Notes: generated by a model from the letters alone, not told the origin. Numbered from the stretch's first letter, positions 46,658 through 57,000 are shown. The stretch is DNA of 64,000 nucleotides from Chloroflexota bacterium (GCA_040753815.1 JBFMDU010000005.1:85350-149349), one strand, 5' to 3'. Made by a program: numbers and translations.

Positions 46658-48364
46658 ATGCTGAAATTAGGCTGGCAAGAGAAATGGACACTAAGGTACG
46701 CAGTGGTCGCCCTCTTATTCTTAGCCCTGGCCGGTATCGAAGGCGTCATGATGCGTTCGCAATTAATATCGCCAACTTCACTGGAGAGCCTGGAAACGAC
46801 ACTGGCGGCACTCCGTGGCGGCAGTCAGTCGGGGCCGGCTGAGCTGTTTTACTCCGTCCTGACCGCCCACCCCATCGTCGGCATCTACGGCTTCGCCTAC
46901 ATGGCCGTCTTCGGCGCTTTTTACTTCCTGGTGCCATTCCTGCTGAACAAGCCAGTCCGCCACAAGCGCCTGGTTCCGGTCAATTTCTGGCTCCAGATTG
47001 CCGGTGTGCTGGTCTGCTGGGGAGCCGGTTTCTTCGCCCTGTTCAATGCCACCTACACCCTCTACTGGCCCTTGCCGGTAGCCTACGACCGGGTGCCGCT
47101 AATAGGCAGTATCGTCTTCGGCTTCGGCCTTGCCTTAATTGAAGCTAACGTCCTGCTCTTCGTTTTCAATGTTTTCAGCACCGTACTCAGCAAAAGCAAC
47201 CCGCATCCTTACAGCTTCCGCCAATTCCTTGCCTCGGCTTTCGGCATACCCCGCCTGTTAAAGCTGTTCGGCAGGAAACCGGCCAACGGCGGCGAGGTCA
47301 ACTATAACGACCTTCCTGTCTTCGTCGTCGCTGTCGGGCGCGGGTCTATTGATACCGTTATTAACGCCATCGTTCTGCTGACCGCCGGTGTGCTCATGCT
47401 GGTCTATGGCCTACCCGCCCTTATCCAGGGCATCATGCTCAACTCCGGCGCTGTGGACGCCCTCATTTATAAGAACTTCTTCTGGTGGGGGCTGGACATG
47501 ATTGCCGATGGCAACGTTCTCATGTACGCCGCCGGCACCTGGTACCTGTTGGTCCCTCTATTGGTGGGCCGCAAGCTCTACGGCGAATCCGTGGTAAGAA
47601 CCGTCATCCTGGCCGACCTGCTGGTGTCCATGGGCGTCTGGAGTCACCATCTGCTGGCCGACCAACCCCAACCCTTCGGCCTCCGCCTCATCTCCGGCCA
47701 GTTCATCACCTGGGGTGAGTTCTTCACCATGGGTCTGACCATGTTCGCCATCCTGATGACCATCTGGCTGGCCAGACCGGTCAAGTTCACCGCGCCGCTT
47801 AAGTTCGTCCTCGCCTCGGTCTTCGGATTTGCCGTCGGCGGTATCGCCGGCATCACCCAGGCCAACGTCGGCCTTAACGTCGTTCTCCACAACACCCAGT
47901 GGGTTATCGGCACCCACGGCCACATGATGCTGTTAGGAGGGCTAGCATCACTGCTGTTCGCTGTGATTTATGCCCTTATCCCGATGCTGACCAAAGCCGA
48001 AATCTGGAGCCAGAAGCTGGTCAGCGTCCACCTAGGGCTGTGGCTGCCCGGCGCCGTCCTCATGGCTGACTCCATGGGGCTGGCTGGCATCGAGGGCATG
48101 TTGAGGCGGACGCTCTACTCGGGCGGCGAGTACCAGTTGCACATGATTGTCGCTACTCTTGGCGGCATCCTAATGGCCGCTGGTTTTACCGTTTTCCTGG
48201 TCAACGTCATCAAGACGCTGGGGCTGAAGAATGTGCTCGGACTGGTCTTACCGGAACAGTGGCTGATGCCAAAGCCAGCCGTAGCGGCAGGCGTTATCCC
48301 GGCTACTGGATTGCCTGAACCAGCGCCGGTTCCTGTGACTGTAATCCAGAACATCCAAAGATAA
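46658..48364 (+). CDS. Heme-copper superfamily subunit I, gNOR-type nitric oxide reductase
   Basis: TAHP (low-spin His), WWGLDMIADGNVL in place of WxxGHPxVY, VWSHHL, THGHMM; about 13 TM helices. Confidence 0.8.
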   Translation: MLKLGWQEKWTLRYAVVALLFLALAGIEGVMMRSQLISPTSLESLETTLAALRGGSQSGPAELFYSVLTAHPIVGIYGFAYMAVFGAFYFLVPFLLNKPVRHKRLVPVNFWLQIAGVLVCWGAGFFALFNATYTLYWPLPVAYDRVPLIGSIVFGFGLALIEANVLLFVFNVFSTVLSKSNPHPYSFRQFLASAFGIPRLLKLFGRKPANGGEVNYNDLPVFVVAVGRGSIDTVINAIVLLTAGVLMLVYGLPALIQGIMLNSGAVDALIYKNFFWWGLDMIADGNVLMYAAGTWYLLVPLLVGRKLYGESVVRTVILADLLVSMGVWSHHLLADQPQPFGLRLISGQFITWGEFFTMGLTMFAILMTIWLARPVKFTAPLKFVLASVFGFAVGGIAGITQANVGLNVVLHNTQWVIGTHGHMMLLGGLASLLFAVIYALIPMLTKAEIWSQKLVSVHLGLWLPGAVLMADSMGLAGIEGMLRRTLYSGGEYQLHMIVATLGGILMAAGFTVFLVNVIKTLGLKNVLGLVLPEQWLMPKPAVAAGVIPATGLPEPAPVPVTVIQNIQR

Positions 48365-48444
48365 GACCAGAACGTTAACGGCAGAGATGCGGCGATTAGT
48401 ACCAGTCGCCGCATCTCTATACATATTGAACCACCAAGCAAAGC

Positions 48445-49131
48445 GTGATAGCATCAAAGCCAATGGAACATAAAGAGCGCCGTACCCTGCTGGAACTTCT
48501 GGAACCAGACACCCGGGAGAAACTGCAGAGCATAACCCAGAAGAAGTCCTTTACTGCCGGGGAACAAATATTTCCCCAGGGCTCACCGCCAACAGCTATC
48601 TATTTCATAACCTGCGGACAGGTCAAGGTAGCGCGTACCACGCCCGATGGGCATGAGATTATCCTGTGTATGCCCGGCCCTGGCGATTCTTTCTGCCCGG
48701 TGACTTTACTTGACGGCGGGCCGCAACTGGGCATGGCCCAGGCCGTGACCGATACCGAGGTAATGCGGGTCGACAGCCGCCAATTCCTCGCCCTCTGCCG
48801 CGAGCGCCCGCAACTGCAGGCCTCGGTACAGCAGGCGTGCCTGGGCGAGGTGCGGCGACTCGTCCAGCGCATGGAACTGCTCTCTTTCCGCACTTTGAGA
48901 CAGCGGCTGTCTACCGTCCTGCGGCATACCATCCGACGCCAGCGGTCCGGTCCGTGCCAGCCAGCAGAAATACGCATTACCCAGCAGGAACTGGCCCAAC
49001 TGGCCGGAGGCTCCCGGGAAAGCACCTCGCGGCTCCTCGCCATGTGGCAGCGGGAAGGCATCGTATCGCTCGGCCGGGGCCGCATCACCATTCTCGACCC
49101 AGACCGGCTTGAATCCCTATCTCGCGAGTAG
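48445..49131 (+). CDS. Second Crp/Fnr-family regulator
   Basis: GQVKVARTTPDGHE, HTH ITQQELAQLAGGSRESTSRLL. Confidence 0.92.
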   Translation: MIASKPMEHKERRTLLELLEPDTREKLQSITQKKSFTAGEQIFPQGSPPTAIYFITCGQVKVARTTPDGHEIILCMPGPGDSFCPVTLLDGGPQLGMAQAVTDTEVMRVDSRQFLALCRERPQLQASVQQACLGEVRRLVQRMELLSFRTLRQRLSTVLRHTIRRQRSGPCQPAEIRITQQELAQLAGGSRESTSRLLAMWQREGIVSLGRGRITILDPDRLESLSRE

Positions 49132-49172
49132 CCTGACGGTGTCATCGGTTGGACTAACGACATGCGGCGTTG

Positions 49173-49188
49173 TGTGACAAACCTCACA
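49173..49188. promoter_or_regulatory. Perfect CRP-consensus box TGTGA-CAAACC-TCACA
   Basis: Centre about 31 bp upstream of GATAAT (49211), i.e. class II activation geometry for the 49253 operon. Confidence 0.75.
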
Positions 49189-49252
49189 GACATATGGTAA
49201 TACCTGTTACGATAATATGCTGTAATTAATCAGATGTGAGGAGGACTCGAAG

Positions 49253-49873
49253 ATGCTTGACCAGATTATTCTGCTGGCGACGGGGCTAACGGCTATCTAT
49301 CTCATCTGGCGGTTCGTCCAGGACTACCGACGCAAGGGAAAACCGGCACATGACATCGCCTATATTGTAGCTTTTGCCGTACTCCTGATAGCCGGGCTTC
49401 TGCTTATCGGCTTCGGATACGGCGTCCTCGGGTCGCCTCTGGTCGTGACCGTAGCTGTCCTAATCCCGGCTGGCATTGCCCTGGGGCTGGTTTCGGAATA
49501 CACGACTAAATGGCGGCTTGCCTATCTTATCTTCGCCATTGTTGGGCTTGTGGCTATCGCTGTTACCCGCTTCACCGGACCGGCCCTGGTTGCCACCATC
49601 ATCCTTGTCATCGTCCACTCCGTCAGTGGTCTGCTTATCTTCGCCCTACCCATAGTTGCCGTCAACAAAGGCACGGCTCCCAGTGGTTTCATCGGCGTCA
49701 CTGTCGGCGGTGCCCTTATCGGCATCGGCGGCATTGCCATGGCGGCACTCAAGACCGGCGGCCAGCTTCTCTTCTTCAGCGCACCGGTGGTCTTTGCTAT
49801 CTTAGCACCGCTTCTGCTGCTAATGACCCTGGCCTTTACCTGGGGCTTTGTCAAGAAAATCAAAGCGGCTTAG
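49253..49873 (+). CDS. Polytopic membrane protein (about 7 TM), unknown function
   Basis: Highly hydrophobic 206 aa; AGGAGG RBS. Confidence 0.8.
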   Translation: MLDQIILLATGLTAIYLIWRFVQDYRRKGKPAHDIAYIVAFAVLLIAGLLLIGFGYGVLGSPLVVTVAVLIPAGIALGLVSEYTTKWRLAYLIFAIVGLVAIAVTRFTGPALVATIILVIVHSVSGLLIFALPIVAVNKGTAPSGFIGVTVGGALIGIGGIAMAALKTGGQLLFFSAPVVFAILAPLLLLMTLAFTWGFVKKIKAA

Positions 49874-49914
49874 ACTGACTTCATACCGGTATCCCAGCAA
49901 CGGAAAGTATTGAT

Positions 49915-51393
49915 ATGCAGGCTCTTGCCAGCAGGTTCGATTATCTCTTCCACTCAACCAGGGGCCTGGCGCTGGTGGCCATTGCTCTCATCGGTCTCGT
50001 CACCGCCGTCTTCGGTACACTCTCCGGACCGATGGCCGACCTCGGCCTCAAAGACATCTCCGTCCGCATCTTCGGCATGCAGTTGGTCGAGGCCGAGCGT
50101 GAGGCGCGCATCATCATGCTCTACCACACCATCGCCATGGCGGTAATCGCTATCGAGACCTATTTCATCACCGCCATCGTCCCGATGAAGAAGAGCCAGC
50201 AGGCTAATATCAACGCCACTATAACCGTCGGCTACATCACGTCGCTTGTCTTTGGTCTGCTCTTCGCCTACTTCGGCGGCAACTTCATCTTCCACGGCCT
50301 TTTTATCTTCGGACAGTCTCTGGTCTTCTTCGCCGGCCTCCTGCTGGCCAAAGCCCTCTGGCCCTGGAGCAAGGAGTACCGCCAGCCAAATCGCGACTAC
50401 GCCCGCACCCGCGGTGGCATTGACCTGGAGCGCGCCGCCTTCTTCACCATGGCCGTCTGTACGCTCGGTTCGGCGCTGTTCGGGGCGATACCCGGCTCGA
50501 TGTTCGGCACCGGCTTTGAATCTTTCCTGGCCGAAGACATCGTACGCGAGCCGCACAAAACGACCCTTCAACTCTCGGTCATCGGCCACCTCCATATCAT
50601 GCTGACGCTTATCGCCGTTGCCCTGTCCCTTATCCTTGTCCGGTGGATAGACTTCAAGGGCTGGATGCACAAAGTATCCATGCCGCTTATCATCGCCGGT
50701 TCCATCGTTGTTACCCTGGGCGTCTGGCTGGTGGTCCCATTCGAGGCCATCGCCCACTACATCATCTACGCCGGCTCGGTCATCGTCATGCCGGCGGCGC
50801 TTTTTCTGGTGATATTCGCCTGGCGCAAGCTCATCCGTAACCGTTTTGCACAGTTAAACATCAAGAACTGGACCTTCTGGCAGGGAGTAAGCGCCCTGCT
50901 CCACGACCCGCTCAAGTTCGGCACCTTCTGGCAGGTCGTCTACATGAACTTCGTCGTCACCTTCGTCGGCATCTTCATGGCCATCCGGCTCGACAAAGTG
51001 ATGCGCATGATGCCGCTCCGCGAGGAGCGAATCACCCTGACTGGCCACTGGCACATCCTGGCCGGCATTATCGCCACCATTCTTCTGCTCTACTACGCCG
51101 ACCTCTCCGGCCTCAAAGGCAAGGTGAGGCAGTGGTTCGGCTGGCTGGTCATCGTCGGCTCCGACCTCGCTTTTGCCGCAGTCACACTATTCGAGACCAA
51201 ACGTCTCTACGTAGCCGAGTCTGCCCAACAGCCTCTGGTGAACATCACCATGCTGTTGACCGACGTCGGCCTGATTCTGGTCCTGCTGATCCTGGCGGCT
51301 TTCTTGGTCTACCGGCTGGTGGATCTCTTCCATAGCAAAGGCAGGTGGACTAAGGAGCTCGCCGTGGCCGAACCGCCGGAGGTGCGGCGATGA
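49915..51393 (+). CDS. About 12-TM membrane protein with three periodic His motifs (possible divergent HCO-fold protein)
   Basis: LYHTIAM, IGHLHIML and TGHWHIL spaced 156 and 153 aa apart. Confidence 0.75.
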   Translation: MQALASRFDYLFHSTRGLALVAIALIGLVTAVFGTLSGPMADLGLKDISVRIFGMQLVEAEREARIIMLYHTIAMAVIAIETYFITAIVPMKKSQQANINATITVGYITSLVFGLLFAYFGGNFIFHGLFIFGQSLVFFAGLLLAKALWPWSKEYRQPNRDYARTRGGIDLERAAFFTMAVCTLGSALFGAIPGSMFGTGFESFLAEDIVREPHKTTLQLSVIGHLHIMLTLIAVALSLILVRWIDFKGWMHKVSMPLIIAGSIVVTLGVWLVVPFEAIAHYIIYAGSVIVMPAALFLVIFAWRKLIRNRFAQLNIKNWTFWQGVSALLHDPLKFGTFWQVVYMNFVVTFVGIFMAIRLDKVMRMMPLREERITLTGHWHILAGIIATILLLYYADLSGLKGKVRQWFGWLVIVGSDLAFAAVTLFETKRLYVAESAQQPLVNITMLLTDVGLILVLLILAAFLVYRLVDLFHSKGRWTKELAVAEPPEVRR

Positions 51394-52292
51394 AGGGCGC
51401 TGTCATCCTGCTGATTGCAGTGACCCTGCTCGCAGTTGGCTGCTCCACCCCGGCGGCAACGACCCCGCCGCAGTTCGAGACCGGCGTTGACCCGGCCTCG
51501 TGGGCACGGGTACCCATCGGCGATTTCCTGATGGGACAACATGAACATAAGACCTCTGTCAACTACGATTACGAAATCATGGTGACGCCGGTAAGCAACG
51601 CCCAGTTTGCCCGGTACCTCAACTCGGCGTTGGCGGCAAGTAAGGTCAAGATTTCCGGCAACTTCGTTGTCGGCTACTACCCCGGAGACACGTTCCACGG
51701 CTACCGGCATGAGATGAGAATCGACCCCGGCGACTATCCTCATTTCCCACTCAGTGACCGTGACTCCCGGATGTCCTTCGATGGCAAGACTTTCACCGTC
51801 AAGCCTGGCTATGAGAACCACCCGGTGACCACAGTCACCTGGTTCGGCGCCAAGGCATACTGCGAGTCTATTGGAGGACGCCTTCCCACCGAAGCCGAAT
51901 GGGAAAAGGCCGCCCGCGGCACCGATGCCCGGCCTTTCCCCTGGGGCAACGGTATCACCCCGGCCAACGCCAACTACTACAACAGCCATGACCCGTTCGA
52001 GAAAGGCATCGGTGCTATCGGCAATACCACGCCAGTCGGCTTCTACAACGGCAAGGCCTATGATGGTTTCGCTACTGTCGACTCCCCAAGCCCCTACGGC
52101 CTGTACGATATGGCCGGCAACGTCTGGCAATGGACGGCGGATATTTATGAGGGTGTACACTATCGCTATCTCCGCGGCGGCAGTCACGCCGATTACGGTT
52201 ATAATCTGCGTGCATGGACGCGCAATAGCGTCCGTCCCGACTACTATGGCCCGAGCATCGGCTTCCGCGCCGTTCGGGACGTGAAGAAATAA
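51390..52292 (+). CDS. FGE-sulfatase/SUMF1-fold lipoprotein (NirV-like)
   Basis: Lipobox LAVGC; VSNAQF, HPVTTVTW, RLPTEAEWEKAARG, YDMAGNVWQW, RGGS, GFR; no catalytic Cys pair. Confidence 0.85.
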   Translation: MKGAVILLIAVTLLAVGCSTPAATTPPQFETGVDPASWARVPIGDFLMGQHEHKTSVNYDYEIMVTPVSNAQFARYLNSALAASKVKISGNFVVGYYPGDTFHGYRHEMRIDPGDYPHFPLSDRDSRMSFDGKTFTVKPGYENHPVTTVTWFGAKAYCESIGGRLPTEAEWEKAARGTDARPFPWGNGITPANANYYNSHDPFEKGIGAIGNTTPVGFYNGKAYDGFATVDSPSPYGLYDMAGNVWQWTADIYEGVHYRYLRGGSHADYGYNLRAWTRNSVRPDYYGPSIGFRAVRDVKK

Positions 52293-52294
52293 TC

Positions 52295-53173
52295 ATGGCA
52301 GTTTACTCTATGCCAGGACAGTTCGGGAGAAGGCTCAGGGCTTACTGGAGCCTGACCAAGAGCCTGCAGACGGCCCTCCTGCTGGCGACCGGCATTGCCG
52401 GCTATCTGAGCGCCCGCTGTCCTGTCTTTGCCTGGCAGACTGTGCTGGCCCTGGCCGCTAGCCTGTTCCTGGCCATCGCCGGCAGTACCGTACTCAACAT
52501 GGTCTATGACCGCGATATCGACTTCGCCATGTCCCGCACCTGCCGTCGTCCTTTACCTTCCAGACTGGTTTCACTCAGAGAAACGCTGACGGTGGGCCTA
52601 TTGCTGTCATTTGCCGGTGTTGCCTGGGCCTTTGTGATGAGCCCGCTTTATGGCACTATCGTTCTTGCCGGGGTCTTCTTCGACGTGGTTATTTATACTC
52701 TGTGGCTCAAGCGTCGGACGCCCTGGTCAATCGTCTGGGGCGGGCTGGCTGGAGGTATGCCCATCCTGGCCGGGCGCGCCCTCGGCACCGGACAAATCGA
52801 CCTGGCCGGATTGACGCTGGCCGTAGCGGTGCTTTTCTGGATACCGACGCACATCGTCACCTTCAGCATCAAGTACGCCGATGACTATAGAAACGCCGGA
52901 GTGCCGGTAATACCCAACGCTTACGGGCTAAAGGCGGCGCGGCTGGTGATTGCTGTTTCGACCTGTCTGGCGGCGGCCGCCATGCTGGCATCGGGGTGGC
53001 TCATCGGCATCCGCTGGGGATTCCTCTACGCCGTGTCCGGCCTTGGCGCGGTGCTCGTCGCTCTTGCTCTGGTCACCGTCATCAGGGCTTCCCCGAAGCT
53101 GAACTTTGCCCTTTTCAAGATGGCTTCGGTCTATATGCTGGCTTCGACGGCGGTCATCGCCGCCGGCGCCTGA
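52295..53173 (+). CDS. ctaB: Protoheme IX farnesyltransferase (heme O synthase)
   Basis: NMVYDRDIDFAMSRTCRRP, YTLWLKRRTP, GGMPILAG, FWIPTH, DDYRNAGVP. Confidence 0.92.
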   Translation: MAVYSMPGQFGRRLRAYWSLTKSLQTALLLATGIAGYLSARCPVFAWQTVLALAASLFLAIAGSTVLNMVYDRDIDFAMSRTCRRPLPSRLVSLRETLTVGLLLSFAGVAWAFVMSPLYGTIVLAGVFFDVVIYTLWLKRRTPWSIVWGGLAGGMPILAGRALGTGQIDLAGLTLAVAVLFWIPTHIVTFSIKYADDYRNAGVPVIPNAYGLKAARLVIAVSTCLAAAAMLASGWLIGIRWGFLYAVSGLGAVLVALALVTVIRASPKLNFALFKMASVYMLASTAVIAAGA

Positions 53174-53211
53174 CAATAAATGCGAATAAAATCAAGGGAG
53201 GTTGACGAGAT

Positions 53212-53937
53212 ATGAAATCGAAAACCGGTATGGTGCTGCGCATTGTGGCTATTGTCCTCATGGGCATGGCAACGGTGTTCACACTTTTAGGCGGACTTGG
53301 TACCGTCTGTATTGCATGGAACGCCGACAAGTACCCAGCGGCGGCATTTGGTGTATTCGTGCCTTTTATGCCCGTTTACCAGACATTCGTCTACACTAAA
53401 GTCATCACCGCCCTGATCATGTCGGCCGTTGTCTATGCCCTGGTGAAAGGCGATAAGTGGGCTTACTGGGGCGCGGTCGGGACGCTCGTCGTCGGTCTCG
53501 CCGCGGCCGCACTTCAGATGTTCTATACCAGCACCCTGAAAGGCGTTTCTTTCTTCCAGACGCCGCCGACCAATGTCCGCTTCTACATTACTCTGCTAAC
53601 TTTGGTCTTCTTCCTGATTCTACTTATCCCCGGTATTAAAGAGCGGGCCTCAATGAGCGGGCCGTGGAAGTCGAAGGGGACTGGTGCTATGACCGGCGGC
53701 GTGACTGCCATCGTCACCGGCATCATCGCCCTGACCACACCCTTCTGGACCGCGGAATCACACACCGTCGATGGCAATAACCTGGTCTATGTCTTCGAAA
53801 CACCACTGATGGTCTTCGGCTGGGTGGTACTCTTCACCGGCATCGTTCTGGTTACTTATGTCATCCTCGGCCCAAGCCGTGAGGCAGTAATCGCCTCACT
53901 AAAGAAATGGTTAAGGATAGCACCAGCGGCATCTTAG
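53212..53937 (+). CDS. Hypothetical membrane protein
   Basis: Six hydrophobic segments; GGGAGG RBS; last gene of the operon. Confidence 0.75.
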   Translation: MKSKTGMVLRIVAIVLMGMATVFTLLGGLGTVCIAWNADKYPAAAFGVFVPFMPVYQTFVYTKVITALIMSAVVYALVKGDKWAYWGAVGTLVVGLAAAALQMFYTSTLKGVSFFQTPPTNVRFYITLLTLVFFLILLIPGIKERASMSGPWKSKGTGAMTGGVTAIVTGIIALTTPFWTAESHTVDGNNLVYVFETPLMVFGWVVLFTGIVLVTYVILGPSREAVIASLKKWLRIAPAAS

Positions 53938-54035
53938 ACTTAAAGCGGATATTAGCGTAACCACCCTATAACCATTTCGAGCGTAACGAGAAATCTGGCG
54001 GGGCGAGGCCGGCTCTTAAGACCCTTTCAGTATCG

Positions 54036-57000
54036 CTACTCGAACCGGTTATTCCTTACCCCTACCACCATCTGGGCGATGTACATAGCATCGAAGATGT
54101 CCAGCTTGTCATTGCCGGTGTCATGCTTGACGCAGGCGGCATTGACAGCATTGATTTGAGAAGCCGGCCGCACCCCGACAACATACTGGGCAATGAACAT
54201 GGCATCAAAAACATCCACCGTGCCATTGCCGTTGGTATCACCGCGCCTGAAAGTCACCGTCTTGGCGCTGTCCTCGGGGACGTTGCCTCCGCCAGTGGCG
54301 GCAGTTATTGACTGGAAGGCGACGGTAAAGGTATAGGCGGTGTCCTTGTCGCCGTTGAGTTTCATCAGCAGTTTCACCACGGTGGAGTTATTGGGCTGCT
54401 CCGGCGAGGCGACATTGCTGACGCCGAAAACGCCGGTGGTGGCGTTGAAAGTGGGGTTAAGGTAGGGAGTGACCTCCCCAACACCGGTGAACTCCATTCC
54501 GGAGAAACCGCCTATCATTCCAGTAGCCTGGGCTGACGAGGCGGTAGCCGAGTATGCCCCGATACCTCCAGCGATGGTGGCCGTGTTACCCGTAGCCGGA
54601 TCCTTGATGCGGTTGATTTTCACGCTGACAACAGCAATGTCGCCGGCATCGATCCCCTGAATCAGTGCCGTCTCAGCGACCATCTGGCCGGCGGCGTAAG
54701 TATCGAAAGACAGGGTTGTGCCGTAGCCGATACCGCTTACCCCGCCGTCAGCTTTGGCAAAGAAATAGTATCTTTTAGGCCCAGCAAGCCCGGTCAGGTT
54801 GGCGCTGAAAGCGCCGGTTGCTGTTTTCGTTTCGAGAGCGGTATAAGTAGGAATAAGGGGCCACGAAATCCCGTATCCGAAACTGACGTTCACTGATGTC
54901 GCCGAGCCGAGCGAGGTGAGATTGCCATTAAGCGTGGCTGTATTAACCGCCACATTGGTCGCCGCCAGCGTCGTTACCGCCGGGGCTACAATTGCCGCTA
55001 GGGTGGTAAAAGACGTGTCATCCCCGTAGGCAATGCCGGCGGTGCCGCCGTCAACTCTGGCGCGATTGTGGTATAAAGTGCTGACGCTAAGGCTTGTGAT
55101 AGCGGCGCTGAACGGACCGGTAACAGTCCTGGCCTGAGATGGCGTCGTTATGCCATAAGCAGTAGTCGTCCCGTATTCGAACGACACGTTGACTGTCGTT
55201 GCCAGGCCGAGCGAAGCGAGGTTGCCATTGAGGGTTGCGGTGATGTCACGAATGTCGCTGGCGCTGCCGGTGGTCACGGCAAGCGCTAAAGGAGCGTAGT
55301 GGAGGATAGTACCCCATCGGCCAACAGCAAAGACATCGGATGCGGAGCTACCCCAAATCCCCATGAGGTTATTGGAAGGGCTGCCGCCGGACATCGTGGC
55401 CCAGGCGCTGCCGTTGTAGTGAAGAATAATGCCACCGTCCCCAACCGCAAAGACGTCGGAGCCGGAACTGCCCCAGACCCCCCAGAGAATGCTGGTTACG
55501 CCGGAAGTCATGGCGCTCCAGGCAGTGCCGTTGTAGTGGAGGATGGTGCCGCCTGCGCCCACGGCGAAGACATCAGAGGCGGAACTACCCCAAACGCCAT
55601 AAAGCAGGTTGTTAGTGCCGCTGGTCATGGCATTCCAAGAACTGCCGTTATAACGGATGATAGTGCCGTTAGCTCCGACGGCGAAGATGTCTGAAGCCGA
55701 GCTTCCCCATATGCCATAAAGATTGTTCCCTGTACTGCTGGCCACAGCGCTGAAAGCGCTGCCGTTGTAGCGAAGGATAGAGCCACTGTCCCCGGCAATA
55801 TAGATGTCCGAAGCGGAACTTCCCCAGATACCATAGTAGTTCCCGAAGGTTCCGGTATTGATGTAGCTCCAGGAACTACCGTTGTAGCGCAGAATGACGG
55901 CGGCTCCGCCCGAGGGGACGGTGGCGAAGATATTGGAGGCGGAAGCGCCCCAGATTCCATAAGGCGTCCAACCATAGCTGTAGCCGGTCATGGCGCTCCA
56001 GGCAGTGCCGTTGTAATGGAGGATGGCACCGCTGTCTCCCACGGCGAAGACATCTGTGGCTGAGCAGCCCCAGACACCCTTCAGCCAGTTGGCGGTGCCG
56101 GTAGCCATGTCGCTCCAGGCAGTGCCGTTGTAGTGCACAATCATGCCGCCGTCACCCACCGCGAAGATGTCCGAGGCGGATGTTCCCCAGATGCCGTTCA
56201 GATGGTAGCTCTTACCGCCGAATGCGTAATTCCAGGCGCTGCCGTCATAGCGGTAGATATTCGCGTTCCACCCGGCAGCGTAAACGTTGCTACCGGAGCT
56301 TCCCCAGACCCCTAGGTAGATGAGGCCAGTGCCGGAGGTCATAACGCTCCAAGTATTACCGTTGTAATGGAGAATCGTGCCGGCCCCACCCACCGCGAAA
56401 ACATCGGATGCCGAATTGCCCCAAACACCGTACAGGAAACTTTCGGTACCGGAGGTCATGGCGCTCCAGACACTGCCGTCGTAATGGTATATTTTCCCGC
56501 TATACCCAACAGCGAAGACATCCGAAGCGGAACTGCCCCAGACGCTGTTGAAATCGTACCAGATGGCACCGCTCGTCATAGTGGTCCAGGACGTGCCGTT
56601 GTAGCGGAGTATGACGCCGCCGTTCCCCACAGCAAAGACATTTGTTGACGAACTGCCCCAGATGCCGTTGAGGTTTTGCGTGGTGCCGGAGGTCATGGCA
56701 CTCCAGGCAGTGCCGTCGTAGTGGAGGATGGTACCGCCGGACCCGACGGCGAAGACATCAGATGCGGAACTGCCCCAGACCCCGGTCAGGTCCGCGATCG
56801 TCCCGCTGGTCATGGCACTCCAGGCAGTGCCGTTATAGTGGACGATAGTACCGTGCTGACCCACGGCGAAAACGTTCGAAGACGAACTGCCCCAGACTGC
56901 CTGTAATCCGTATCCCTGCGTCAGGGGGTTCTGCCACTGCCATGACATGGGGAAAGCCATGTCAGAGCCATAAACCGTGCCGGCAGCGCCAGCCTCGGCC

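Noticed and set aside
46222-48364. Aerobic cytochrome c oxidase (coxAB/cbaAB)
   Set aside because: The cross-linked Tyr and helix VI His are absent and subunit II has no CuA ligands
51390-52292. Active formylglycine-generating enzyme
   Set aside because: Catalytic cysteines are absent and there is no sulfatase nearby
54036-54245. Cellulosome component
   Set aside because: A dockerin is present but no glycoside hydrolase or CBM can be recognised
55300-56910. CRISPR or DGR-like DNA repeats
   Set aside because: The repeats are in-frame, degenerate protein repeats with synonymous variation, and there is no reverse transcriptase in the window
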